Positions 18,394 through 28,466 of a DNA stretch of 64,000 nt are shown in pieces. The stretch's first letter is position 1. Each line of letters opens with the position of its first letter. The notes under the pieces are model-generated. The model was given only the letters and a program-made list of their open reading frames with translations, made no database searches and was not told where the DNA came from. This DNA is from Bacteroides sp. 51 (GTDB lineage Bacteria > Bacteroidota > Bacteroidia > Bacteroidales > Bacteroidaceae). Both the position numbers and the translations under genes were made by a program. The stretch covers positions 31,976-95,975 of the forward strand of contig NZ_QVMI01000006.1 in NCBI RefSeq assembly GCF_010500965.1. The letters run 5' to 3'.

Positions 18394-18957
18394 ATGGTAG
18401 AAGATATAAAGAAGGCCTGCGAGGTCATGGCAGGCGGTGGGGTAATTCTTTACCCTACGGATACGATTTGGGGATTGGGCTGTGATGCCACTAATCCTGA
18501 GGCTGTGCGTCGGGTATATGAAATCAAACAACGTGCCGATAGCAAAGCCATGTTGGTGTTGGTGGATTCTTCCGTAAAGGTAGATTTTTATGTAGATGAT
18601 GTTCCCGAGGTGGCTTGGGATTTGATTGAACTAACCGATAAACCACTGACTATCATCTATTCGGGAGCCAGAAATCTTGCACCCAATCTTTTGGCTGAAG
18701 ATGGCAGTGTGGGGATTCGTGTTACTCAGGAGAAATTCTCTCATCAGTTGTGCCAGCGCTTCCGTAAGGCGATTGTTTCGACTTCGGCAAATGTCAGTGG
18801 GAAACCTTCGCCGGCTAATTTCAGTGAAATCAGTGAGGAAATTAAATCATTGGTTGACTATGTAGTAACTTATCGCCAGGATGATATGAGCCGACCAGCT
18901 CCATCCGGTATTATTAAATTAGATAAAGGCGGGGTGATTAATATTATAAGGAAATAA
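18394..18957 (+). CDS. tsaC: L-threonylcarbamoyladenylate synthase (YrdC/TsaC family)
   Basis: ILYPTDTIWGLGCDATNPEAVRRVYEIKQR matches the YrdC signature. Confidence 0.8.
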   Translation: MVEDIKKACEVMAGGGVILYPTDTIWGLGCDATNPEAVRRVYEIKQRADSKAMLVLVDSSVKVDFYVDDVPEVAWDLIELTDKPLTIIYSGARNLAPNLLAEDGSVGIRVTQEKFSHQLCQRFRKAIVSTSANVSGKPSPANFSEISEEIKSLVDYVVTYRQDDMSRPAPSGIIKLDKGGVINIIRK

Positions 18958-18978
18958 GGATAACAGGAAACATCTCTA

Positions 18979-20769
18979 ATGAAAAAAGAAAAGACTGGTT
19001 TGTTACAGCGCTTTATTCTATGGCGTGAGCAAAATATAAAAGGAAAGAAATTTGTATTGATACTTAGCTTTCTGGTGGGTATTCTCACTGCGTTGGCTGC
19101 TATACTTCTGAAACACCTCATTCATTTGATTCAGAACTTTTTGACAGATAATTTTAGTGCAACAGGAGCCAACTACCTCTATCTGGTATATCCGGTGGTA
19201 GGTATCTTCCTTGCCGGTTTATTTGTCCGTTATGTAGTGAAAGATGATATCAGTCATGGGGTAACAAAAATACTTTATGCCATCTCCCGTCGTCAGGGTC
19301 GCATAAAACGGCATAACACCTGGTCGTCTCTGATTGCCAGTTCCATTACCATTGGTTTTGGGGGATCGGTTGGAGCTGAGGCTCCTATCGTTTTGACTGG
19401 TTCGGCTATTGGTTCCAATTTGGGCAGTGTGTTCAAAATGGATCAACGCACGCTGATGTTATTGGTGGGTTGTGGAGCTGCCGGGGCTGTGGCAGGTATC
19501 TTTAAGGCTCCTATCGCCGGATTGGTGTTTACCATTGAAGTATTGATGTTGGATCTGACCATGACTTCACTGCTTCCTTTGCTTATTTCCTCGGTTACGG
19601 CTGCAACGATGTCGTATATCCTAACCGGTACGGAAGCGATGTTCAAATTCAGCATGGACCAGGTCTTTGAGTTTGAGCGTATCCCTTATGTTATTCTATT
19701 GGGGATTTTCTGTGGTTTGGTGTCGCTTTACTTTACCCGTGCGATGATTTTTACAGAAGGAATCTTTGCAAAGTGTAAAGGGCCTTATCATAAATTGGTG
19801 TTAGGCGGGTTGATGTTAAGTATATTGATCTTTATCTTCCCTTCTCTTTATGGTGAAGGTTACGATACGATCCATTTGCTTCTTAACGGGACAAATGATA
19901 TGGAGTGGGACACGGTAATGAATAACTCTTTGTTCTATGGACATGGAGATATTCTGCTTCTTTACTTGATCTTGGTTGTTCTGTTTAAGGTTTTTGCTTC
20001 GAGTGCAACGAATGGTGGCGGTGGTTGTGGTGGTATTTTTGCACCCTCGCTTTTCCTGGGTTGTATTGTAGGGTTTATCTTTTCCCACCTCAGCAATTAT
20101 TTTGAGTTTACTCCCAATCTGCCCGAAAAGAATTTTGCGTTGATGGGTATGGCCGGCGTGATGAGTGGTGTTATGCATGCTCCGCTGACGGGGATATTCC
20201 TGATTGCCGAACTGACAGGGGGGTATGATTTATTTCTTCCGTTAATGATGGTGGCTGTGAGTTCTTATCTTACCATTATTATTTTTGAGCCTCATAGTAT
20301 TTATTCTATGCGATTGGCTAAAAAAGGAGAGTTATTGACCCATCATAAGGATAAAGCGGTATTGACTCTGATGAAGATGGAGCATGTTGTGGAAACTAAT
20401 TTTACAACTGTTCAGCCGGATATGGATTTAGGCGAATTGGTCAAAGTGATATCAAACTCCTGTCGTAATATATTCCCCGTAGTGGATAAAGAGGGCGTTT
20501 TACTCGGTATCGTTTTATTGGATGATATCCGTAATATTATGTTCCGCCAGGAACTTTACCACCGGTTTATGGTGCGCAAGCTGATGATTGCTGTACCTGC
20601 CCGTTTATATGACACGGATAGTATGGAGAGGGTGATGCGTACATTTGATGAAACCCAGGCCTGGAACTTGCCGGTAGTTAATGTCGAGGGCAAATATTTG
20701 GGCATGGTATCGAAGTCAAAGATCTTTAATGCGTACCGGGATGTGTTGGTACAGTTCTCGGAAGACTGA
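18979..20769 (+). CDS. ClC-family voltage-gated chloride channel / H+-Cl- antiporter with C-terminal CBS pair
   Basis: GSVGAEAPIV (a GxEGP-like motif), GIFAPSLFLG (a GxFxP-like motif), many TM helices and two C-terminal CBS-like repeats. Confidence 0.8.
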   Translation: MKKEKTGLLQRFILWREQNIKGKKFVLILSFLVGILTALAAILLKHLIHLIQNFLTDNFSATGANYLYLVYPVVGIFLAGLFVRYVVKDDISHGVTKILYAISRRQGRIKRHNTWSSLIASSITIGFGGSVGAEAPIVLTGSAIGSNLGSVFKMDQRTLMLLVGCGAAGAVAGIFKAPIAGLVFTIEVLMLDLTMTSLLPLLISSVTAATMSYILTGTEAMFKFSMDQVFEFERIPYVILLGIFCGLVSLYFTRAMIFTEGIFAKCKGPYHKLVLGGLMLSILIFIFPSLYGEGYDTIHLLLNGTNDMEWDTVMNNSLFYGHGDILLLYLILVVLFKVFASSATNGGGGCGGIFAPSLFLGCIVGFIFSHLSNYFEFTPNLPEKNFALMGMAGVMSGVMHAPLTGIFLIAELTGGYDLFLPLMMVAVSSYLTIIIFEPHSIYSMRLAKKGELLTHHKDKAVLTLMKMEHVVETNFTTVQPDMDLGELVKVISNSCRNIFPVVDKEGVLLGIVLLDDIRNIMFRQELYHRFMVRKLMIAVPARLYDTDSMERVMRTFDETQAWNLPVVNVEGKYLGMVSKSKIFNAYRDVLVQFSED

Positions 20770-20800
20770 GCGGCAACGTGCCGCCGCGAGGTTTTTATAA
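20770..20800 (+). terminator. Possible weak intrinsic terminator after the ClC gene
   Basis: GC-rich short hairpin GCGGCAACGTGCCGC followed by GAGGTTTTTAT. Confidence 0.3.
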
Positions 20801-20815
20801 GAAAAATGAAGGAAT

Positions 20816-21787
20816 ATGAAGAAAGAAGAATTGAGAATAGTATATATGGGTACACCGGAATTTGCGGTGGAGCCTTTACGCCGACTTGTTGAAGACGGAT
20901 ATAATGTGGTTGGGGTGATTACCATGCCCGACAAACCGGTTGGCCGTCATCATAATGAGTTGCAGGCTTCTCCTGTGAAACAGTATGCCGTCAGTCATAA
21001 TTTGCCGATACTACAGCCGGAGAAATTGAAGAATGAAGAATTTCTCGATGCATTGCGGGCCTGGAAAGCAGATTTGCAGATTGTGGTTGCCTTCCGTATG
21101 TTGCCCGAAGTGGTTTGGGATATGCCCCGTTTGGGAACGTTTAATCTTCATGCTTCTTTGTTGCCCCAGTACCGTGGCGCAGCACCGATCAACTGGGCGG
21201 TAATAAATGGTGATACGGAAACAGGTATTACTACCTTCTTCCTGACTCATGAAATTGATACAGGTGAAGTTATTCAGCAGGTGCGTGTTCCTATTGCCGA
21301 TACGGATGATGTAGGCACTGTTCACGATAAACTCATGATGCTTGGTGGAGAGCTTGTCGTAGAAACTGTCGATGCAATAATTGATGGTACAGTTGAATCT
21401 ATTCCGCAGGAAAAGATGGTTGTAGTCGACGAATTACGTCCCGCTCCAAAGATTTTTAAAGATACCTGCCGGATTGATTGGACGCAACTCACAAAGCGTA
21501 TTTATGATTTTATCCGCGGTCTTTCTCCTTATCCTGCTGCCTGGACAGAGTTGGAAACGCCTGATAGCAAGCGCGTGGCGGTGAAGATATACCAAAGCGA
21601 GAAGATACAGAAGGAACATGACCTTGCTCCCGGAACACTCGTTACTGACGGGAAAACATACTTGAATGTAGCTACAGTTGATGGCTTTTTGTCTGTAAAG
21701 TCATTGCAGGTTTCGGGCAAGAAACGACTGAGTATTGAAGAATTACTTCGTGGATTTAAATTAACCGATGGTTCACGTTTCAGTTGA
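20816..21787 (+). CDS. fmt: Methionyl-tRNA formyltransferase
   Basis: Formyl-transferase N domain (IVYMGTPEFAV, SLLPQYRGAAPINWAVINGD) and a C-terminal domain. Confidence 0.85.
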   Translation: MKKEELRIVYMGTPEFAVEPLRRLVEDGYNVVGVITMPDKPVGRHHNELQASPVKQYAVSHNLPILQPEKLKNEEFLDALRAWKADLQIVVAFRMLPEVVWDMPRLGTFNLHASLLPQYRGAAPINWAVINGDTETGITTFFLTHEIDTGEVIQQVRVPIADTDDVGTVHDKLMMLGGELVVETVDAIIDGTVESIPQEKMVVVDELRPAPKIFKDTCRIDWTQLTKRIYDFIRGLSPYPAAWTELETPDSKRVAVKIYQSEKIQKEHDLAPGTLVTDGKTYLNVATVDGFLSVKSLQVSGKKRLSIEELLRGFKLTDGSRFS

Positions 21788-22253
21788 TTGCAAGATTTTT
21801 GCTACTTTCAGCATACTACCCAACGGATGCTACAATAGTAATTGGGATTCACGATCCTTCAGCTTACTGTACCCCCTCCCTTGTTAAATTAACATAGTTA
21901 TTAAGGATGAATGCTTGAGATAGTTCCGTTTACTTCCTTTTATAGGGTTTTGTTGGAAAGAGCAAAGTATAGACAAAATGACAGAAATGACATTTTGATA
22001 ATAGAATGGAGCGGTAATCGCAAATTCCGGGCTTGGGGCAGAAAGGAAAGGAAAAATGGCAAAAGAATCGTATTTGCGGAAATCGATAAGATTTAAATTT
22101 GCAAAATAAACTATCAAAATATCCAAAATACAACAAAATAAGCCGCAAATAGCCACACAAGTAAAAACAAATACAGCAAATACACACTTCAATCGTTTCG
22201 CTTAAAACAGACCAACCAGAGGATAAAAATCTATAAAATGAAACACGCCGAAC

Positions 22254-22361
22254 ACTTGAGCCGCGTGCTGTCGATACTTGAGCGCTTGGCTGTCGATACT
22301 TGAGCCGCGCGTTATCTATACTTGAGCCGCGTGCTGTCGGCAGTACGCGGCTCAAGTGCAG
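22254..22361. repeat. Four tandem 22-nt direct repeats ending in an inverted copy (hairpin)
   Basis: ACTTGAGCCGCGTGCTGTCGAT occurs four times with variants. It is followed by AGTACGCGGCTCAAGT, which pairs with the last unit as an 11-bp stem. Confidence 0.8.
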
Positions 22362-22589
22362 AAATTATTGCGCTGGGGCACCTCCAAATATCAATAATAC
22401 ACTATATAAGCAAGCCTAAGACCTGATTTTAACATCTCATTGATGGTTTTTTGAAAGTTTGCATGTAATCAAAATGAATCAAATGCTATCTTTTTGATCT
22501 GATTTTGCTTATATTTGTGACTTAGAGGATTGACGACCAGGTTAATCTGGCCGCTCAATCTATTTTTCTGCTTGACCCCCAAAAGCCTG

Positions 22590-23522
22590 CTATTCAACGC
22601 CGAAAATCCATTCAATCGGACTCTCGGACATTAGCTTCTTGAAACTGCCTGTTTTGTAGTCGTAATACCCTAAAGCACCATATTTGTTTCCTTCATTGTC
22701 GGAAAGACAATATAATCTATCTTTAGTTGTACTATATGTACATTGTGTCCATTCTCCATTAAAGGAACCGACTTTACTGATACTTGCGGCATCTACATTG
22801 ACAGAATAGAGAATCATACCAGCTCCGGTATAGGCTAACATGCACACTTCGTCGCCTTTTCTAAAAATGGTATAACATTCATCTTCATCGGATTCAATAT
22901 ACGTTACCGCTTTCTTAGCTAAATTGAGTATAAGTGTAGACCCCTCTTCGGTAGCACAAATAATGTTTGCACCTTTTGCATCAAATACTGGGTCGTATAC
23001 GCAGCCAAATTCATCTTTGTCTATTACACCAAAGTCGGCAATGGTAGTGTAGGCGCCTGTGGCTATATCTACTTTATACAGAGTGACATTGCTGGTAGAA
23101 CTGTTTTGTTCCAGATTGTATAATTCTCCATCTTTAGTTAATAGGTTGCCGTAATTTGGGGTAGTCTTTGGACTGATTCTTTTGTACTCCTGAGTATCCA
23201 TGTTGTATGAACAAATTGCTTCTGACATTTCTCTCTCGCCATACTCAATACCATAAATAGTTTTGGTACCGGGCATATGTATGAAATCATAAAACTCGAG
23301 ATCAAACATCTTTAAATTAAGTTTGTCGTACTTGCCGGTTTCCGGATCGAGGCTGTACATAGCATCTTCTTCTTCATCTTCGCCGGCACCAGGAATATAC
23401 CCATATCCATATAACTGGAAATCGGTAGCGGGGGGATTGTTTGTGTTGTCGTCATCGTCTGAACATGCCACAAATAATAAGCATAGAATGCTTAAACAAA
23501 AAAATACTTTTTTCATATACAC
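22590..23522 (-). CDS. Hypothetical lipoprotein (beta-rich, possibly propeller-like)
   Basis: Signal peptide and lipobox LFVACSDDDD. No family could be recognised by eye. Confidence 0.5.
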   Translation of the reverse strand: MYMKKVFFCLSILCLLFVACSDDDDNTNNPPATDFQLYGYGYIPGAGEDEEEDAMYSLDPETGKYDKLNLKMFDLEFYDFIHMPGTKTIYGIEYGEREMSEAICSYNMDTQEYKRISPKTTPNYGNLLTKDGELYNLEQNSSTSNVTLYKVDIATGAYTTIADFGVIDKDEFGCVYDPVFDAKGANIICATEEGSTLILNLAKKAVTYIESDEDECYTIFRKGDEVCMLAYTGAGMILYSVNVDAASISKVGSFNGEWTQCTYSTTKDRLYCLSDNEGNKYGALGYYDYKTGSFKKLMSESPIEWIFGVE

Positions 23523-24075
23523 TGTTTTTAATAGCTATACTGTTCCTTCATATAGCAGACTTTATATTAAAGAGTATGAGGAACACAAGATATTGCATAC
23601 TCCAATCATAATAGAAACCTCACCCATACGCACAAAAAAAGAGCGTGATACCACTTTCGCATTATCCGCTCACTTAGGTTCTAGCATGACCCCGAATTCA
23701 GAATAAGCAAAAGCAGTCCACGCCCTATTAGGGTGTGAACGCCATTTGGACTTATTACTTTGAATTCGATAATAAACTGCTAGATTTAAGTGAATCAAAT
23801 AATCGTCTTAACGTTCAATCAATATTTTATCTTCTGTTTTTTCTTCTTATAATCTTATTTTGATGTTTGATGATTTTGCAAACATACAAAAAAGAATTTG
23901 TTATAGAAAAGCCTTTCCGATAAATATTGTGGACTGCCAATGCTTAAAGTCTTTAATCTTAATACTGCGAAATAAGTCTCTTTGGGGAAATTTATCAAGA
24001 AACCTTTTCACTATATTTGCGAACTATAACAGAAAACAAAGTAAAACGTATCCGAACACTAAACGCTACTGAATA

Positions 24076-25026
24076 ATGAACATGGAAACTACTTCCCTTA
24101 AACCCGAAGTGGACTTTAGAGAGTTATTAAATCAAACAGTCAGGCTTCGTCTCTTTCGTAATACAAATGATGAGTTGGGTCAATATATTGAGTATAATCT
24201 TAGGTCAAATAACAGTATTAAAAACATACCCCCTTTTACGGCACGTTGTATTTTTCGCGAACTTAGCCGGGAAACATACGAGCAACTTGACGAAGTGCTG
24301 GATTTAGAGAAAATCTTGGATTGGTATAAAACCGCCTCGGAGTTTTACGACAAATATATAAAAGGAAGAAAGAAGGTTCTTCAAAAAGAAAATATACATG
24401 TCTTGTTGAAGTACACCTATATAGACGATTATCAGTTGCCCAATGATAAAACCTTTCTGAAAGATATAGCTATTAATATGTATGGCCAGGGAATTGAAAT
24501 GTCCATTATCTTGCTTTTAATGCTTGATGTTCTGCCACTATATACTTCGACAAAAGGAGATGTCAGAAATATCATGGCTGATTTCCGGAAAATCTACTCT
24601 TTTCTGCGGGAGTTTATTGAATGTGATGAGTTTCTGTATCGTTTACCTGTGTTGGACCGCCTAGAGAAGGTTGCGAGAGAAAGCACTTGTTGCAACCGGG
24701 CTTTTTTGATTTACACAACGCTTACCGTACTCGAAACCTATAGTTGTTTTTCCAATTCTCAGAATTTGTATGCAGCAAACATGGAAGTTGTGAAAAACAA
24801 AGTGCTTCTTGATCTTGGAGATTGCTTTTGGGTAGAACCCGAATTGCTTTCCGCTCCTACAGTGTTCTGGCATTTTGAACAGGTGGTTACAGATGATTTT
24901 CTCTGTATCGGTATGCAGTCAATACAGAGAAAAAACAAGTTCTTTATGCCCGTTACGAGGCTACTTTTTCACGTGATGACAAACAGTGGCTTACAATGCA
25001 TATTGAGCATCCGGAGAGCACCGTAG
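24076..25026 (+). CDS. Hypothetical protein (possible N-terminal part of a frameshifted gene)
   Basis: Long ORF of non-repetitive sequence. A TATATTTG promoter box lies upstream at 24012-24019. Confidence 0.45.
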   Translation: MNMETTSLKPEVDFRELLNQTVRLRLFRNTNDELGQYIEYNLRSNNSIKNIPPFTARCIFRELSRETYEQLDEVLDLEKILDWYKTASEFYDKYIKGRKKVLQKENIHVLLKYTYIDDYQLPNDKTFLKDIAINMYGQGIEMSIILLLMLDVLPLYTSTKGDVRNIMADFRKIYSFLREFIECDEFLYRLPVLDRLEKVARESTCCNRAFLIYTTLTVLETYSCFSNSQNLYAANMEVVKNKVLLDLGDCFWVEPELLSAPTVFWHFEQVVTDDFLCIGMQSIQRKNKFFMPVTRLLFHVMTNSGLQCILSIRRAP

Positions 25027-25538
25027 CATTTTTTCAAAGACAGCAGATTTTCAAAGATAATGTGTATCTTTTTGCCTGTGAATTGGATAATCCGAATCTC
25101 CCCCAAGTAATTGAACTACGTTCTATACTGGATGTTAATGTCAGTTTTCCTGCCCAAAAACTGATCAGGTTGCAGGATGAGAATATGGCTGAGCGGTTAC
25201 AAAAGTATATAGATGGGAACAAGTATAAAGTAATCAATCAGTATCCGCACGCTGAATACAATCTGTGGATTACTCCGGTTGCTATTACAAGTGAATATAT
25301 CTATTTTTCTACTGAGGTTGACCCTGATCCCGATGCCAGAATGTACTATCGGGTATCCAAAACTTTAAATGATGGACTGGCATTTATAACATCCAACGAT
25401 AAAGTGGGCATAATGGAACAGGGTGGTTGCAAATATCTTGCCTTTGTCCTTCTCATTCTATATCTGGATGTGACCGACGAAGAAACTTGTGCGAAGAGTG
25501 GGGTGGATGTTGTTTCGGAGATTGTGATTTCTTCCTGA
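24996..25538 (+). CDS. Hypothetical protein (its frame is open from 24897; possible C-terminal part of a frameshifted gene)
   Basis: Overlaps the previous ORF by 31 nt in a different frame. An A6 run at 24929-24934 sits inside the overlap. Confidence 0.4.
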   Translation: MHIEHPESTVAFFQRQQIFKDNVYLFACELDNPNLPQVIELRSILDVNVSFPAQKLIRLQDENMAERLQKYIDGNKYKVINQYPHAEYNLWITPVAITSEYIYFSTEVDPDPDARMYYRVSKTLNDGLAFITSNDKVGIMEQGGCKYLAFVLLILYLDVTDEETCAKSGVDVVSEIVISS

Positions 25539-25542
25539 AATA

Positions 25543-26586
25543 CTATAAAGAGATATCGGGATTAGCAACCTTCTTTATCAGCGTATTCTTGCGGACAATC
25601 AACTTCGCATCCAGTACAATCGTCTCAATGTTCTCCAACATCGGATTTTGGATTCGGTTCAGTAACATCGTTGCCGCCGTACGCCCCATTTCAAAGGTGG
25701 GTTGAGCCACACTCGACAATCCTAATACCTTGCCTGTGGGCGATTCTGTAAATCCGACAATAGCCATATCTTCCGGAACACGAATTCCTTTATCTCTCAA
25801 TTCGAGCATGGTGCCTATTGCAATGGGATCGTTTACACAAAAAACTGCATCAGGTCGTTCTTTAAGACTCAATAGATACCTGACACCTATTTTCGCCTGC
25901 TCCTGTTGAATGCCTACATACATGATAAGTCGTTCGTCTATCGGTATATCATAATCCTTCAGCGCCTGGCGGTATCCTTCGAGACGGAGTTTGGTTATGG
26001 TCAGATTGAGATTGCCTGCCAGATGCGCTATTCGGCGATAACCATGTTTGATAATCATTTCGGTGGCATTGTATGCCCACTGCTTGTCGTCAATGACCAC
26101 TTTGGGCGCGTCAATTTCTTCAATGACCCGGTTGGTAAATACGATGGGCATGCCATCATCCAGTAATCGTTTGTAGAGATCAATGTTCTTAGACTCTTTC
26201 GATACGGAAACAATAAGACCCTCTACCTGTTGATTCTCCAGCATCTCCACATTCTTGCGTTCCTGAGCAGAAGATTCGCCCGATTGACAAATTAATACCT
26301 GATAGCCCAGCGGATTAAAAATCTCCTGAATGCCGATAATAAGCTCCGGAAAGTAGAATGTAATAATCTCCGGAACAATTACACCAATTAACCTGTTACT
26401 GTTCTTTTTCAGGTTACGGGCAAGCAGATTCGGTTTATATTTCATTCGTTTTGCCGTCTCCAAAACCTTTTCTCGCGTTTGCGGATTAACCTCGTGACTG
26501 TTCGTCAGCGCTCTTGATACAGTAGCAACCGAGATGCCTAATATCTCTGCTATGTCCTTTATAGTCGGTGGTTTCATGTTATTCAT
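25543..26586 (-). CDS. LacI-family transcriptional regulator
   Basis: N-terminal HTH IKDIAEILGISVATVSRALTN and a periplasmic-binding-protein-like sugar-binding core. The start is taken at MNNMKPP rather than the upstream Met. Confidence 0.85.
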   Translation of the reverse strand: MNNMKPPTIKDIAEILGISVATVSRALTNSHEVNPQTREKVLETAKRMKYKPNLLARNLKKNSNRLIGVIVPEIITFYFPELIIGIQEIFNPLGYQVLICQSGESSAQERKNVEMLENQQVEGLIVSVSKESKNIDLYKRLLDDGMPIVFTNRVIEEIDAPKVVIDDKQWAYNATEMIIKHGYRRIAHLAGNLNLTITKLRLEGYRQALKDYDIPIDERLIMYVGIQQEQAKIGVRYLLSLKERPDAVFCVNDPIAIGTMLELRDKGIRVPEDMAIVGFTESPTGKVLGLSSVAQPTFEMGRTAATMLLNRIQNPMLENIETIVLDAKLIVRKNTLIKKVANPDISL

Positions 26587-26684
26587 AGAATGATTTATTA
26601 TTAGCACAATACAAATATAGTGCATCCTACATTATGCAAATATACTAGAATAATAAGCGCATAACTTTAAAACCTTCCGTGATA

Positions 26685-26700
26685 CCGTAAACGTTTACGG
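26685..26700. promoter_or_regulatory. Perfect 16-bp palindrome CCGTAAACGTTTACGG, a candidate LacI-family operator
   Basis: A central-CG palindrome of the LacI/GalR operator class, in the divergent intergenic region next to the LacI gene. Confidence 0.6.
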
Positions 26701-26741
26701 ACATTTTCGGGTTTACCCTATTATCGAAATGTAATAACCCC

Positions 26742-26749
26742 TACATTTG
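26742..26749 (+). promoter_or_regulatory. -7 promoter box TACATTTG for the transporter/GH operon
   Basis: Matches TAnnTTTG, 36 nt upstream of the ATG at 26785. Confidence 0.45.
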
Positions 26750-26784
26750 CAACAGTCGAAATACTATTAACACATTACCGCACC

Positions 26785-28446
26785 ATGAGTACACTGGATT
26801 TTATTACCATTATTGTTTTTGCCATTGGCATCGTATCCGTAGGTTTATCCTTTTCCGGAAAGAAAAACATGAAATCGTTCTTTGCTGCCGGTGGGGCAGT
26901 GCCCTGGCAAATGAACGGATTATCTCTCTTTATGGGATTCTTCTCGGCCGGTACCTTCGTGGTATGGGGTTCCATTGCCTATTCCTTGGGATGGGTTTCG
27001 GTATCTATACAGTGGACTATGGCTATTGCCGGGCTGCTTGTCGGAAGTTTTATAGCTCCCCGATGGAATAAGACCGGCGTGCTGACTGCTGCCGAATACA
27101 TTACCCACCGTTTAGGTGTACGTACTCAAAAGACTTTCACTTACCTCTTTTTATTTATTTCTCTCTTTACCACAGGCTCTTTTCTTTACCCTATAGCAAA
27201 GATTATCGAAGTATCTACCGGCATTCCGTTGAATGCATGCATACTATTGATTGGTGGGTTTTGTATATTATATGTAGCTGTGGGCGGCTTATGGGCAGTT
27301 GTCTCAACCGATGTACTTCAATTCGTCATCCTTACTGCTGCTGTTATTATCGTTATACCGATGTCTTTCGATAGAGTGGGCAATGTAACAGAGTTTATCC
27401 AATCCGCTCCCGATGCGTTCTTTAACCTGACGAATGGCGAATACACCTGGCCGTTCCTGATCGCATTCGGTGTGTACAATGCCATATTCCTGGGTGGAAA
27501 CTGGGCGTATGTACAGCGATACACCAGCGTAAAGAATAGTACGGATTCTAAGAAAGTCGGCTGGCTGTTCGGAGCACTTTATGTAATCAGTCCCGTCCTT
27601 TGGATGCTTCCACCCATGGTTTACCGCATTTGTAATCCAACACTCGACGGCCTTGAAAGCGAAGGCGCCTATCTGATGATGTGTAAAGAAGTACTGCCAG
27701 CCGGATTGTTGGGGCTTGTATTAGGCGGAATGATATTTGCTACGGCCAGTTCCATGAATTCAGCCTTGAACATCTCCGCAGGGGTGGTTACGAATGATAT
27801 CTTTAAACGCCTTTACCCGCGGAGTAGTGATAAAAGACTGATGCTTGTGGCCCGGCTTTCTACCGTACTGTTCGGAATATTGGCAATTGTTGTTGCGCTT
27901 ATGGTTTCTTCGATGGGAGGAATTGTAAATGTAGTGATCAGTGTTGCCGCTCTTACCGGAGTACCGTTGTATCTACCTGTAATCTGGACACTCTTCTCTC
28001 GCCGGCAAACCTCGTGTTCCGTACTGACTACCACATTGCTTAGCTTGGGCATCAATGCTATTTTCAAGTTCGTAACCCCTATGTTATTTAACTTTTCATT
28101 GTCCCGCACCGAAGAGATGGTGCTTGGAGTTAGTTTCCCTATTCTGTGTCTGATTCTGTTTGAACTTTACTATAAATCCAAAGGCAAAATCTCATCCGAC
28201 TATAGTAGTTATAAAGAATGGGAAAATGCCAACTGGGCCGAGAAACAGCAAGTCTTTGCAGAAACAGTTGAGGCAACGAACAAGCAAAACGACTTCAGTC
28301 GTAAGATCATAGGGTATGGCATATGCTGTACCGGTATTGGCATCATCATTCTGGGCGCTATATCCGCAACAGGCAAACTGTTGGTGATATCCGTAGGTGC
28401 TTTACTCGTTATTGTCGGCTTATTTATCTGTAGAAAAAGAAAATAA
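26785..28446 (+). CDS. Sodium:solute symporter (SSS/SGLT family)
   Basis: 13-14 predicted TM helices and SSF-family sequence character. Confidence 0.75.
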   Translation: MSTLDFITIIVFAIGIVSVGLSFSGKKNMKSFFAAGGAVPWQMNGLSLFMGFFSAGTFVVWGSIAYSLGWVSVSIQWTMAIAGLLVGSFIAPRWNKTGVLTAAEYITHRLGVRTQKTFTYLFLFISLFTTGSFLYPIAKIIEVSTGIPLNACILLIGGFCILYVAVGGLWAVVSTDVLQFVILTAAVIIVIPMSFDRVGNVTEFIQSAPDAFFNLTNGEYTWPFLIAFGVYNAIFLGGNWAYVQRYTSVKNSTDSKKVGWLFGALYVISPVLWMLPPMVYRICNPTLDGLESEGAYLMMCKEVLPAGLLGLVLGGMIFATASSMNSALNISAGVVTNDIFKRLYPRSSDKRLMLVARLSTVLFGILAIVVALMVSSMGGIVNVVISVAALTGVPLYLPVIWTLFSRRQTSCSVLTTTLLSLGINAIFKFVTPMLFNFSLSRTEEMVLGVSFPILCLILFELYYKSKGKISSDYSSYKEWENANWAEKQQVFAETVEATNKQNDFSRKIIGYGICCTGIGIIILGAISATGKLLVISVGALLVIVGLFICRKRK

Positions 28447-28466
28447 AAATATAAAAAGTAACTTCA

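Noticed and set aside
23860-24072. 70-aa ORF in the lipoprotein / hypothetical-gene intergenic region
   Set aside because: Short and AT-rich. The region contains a TATATTTG promoter box for the downstream gene and is more likely non-coding.
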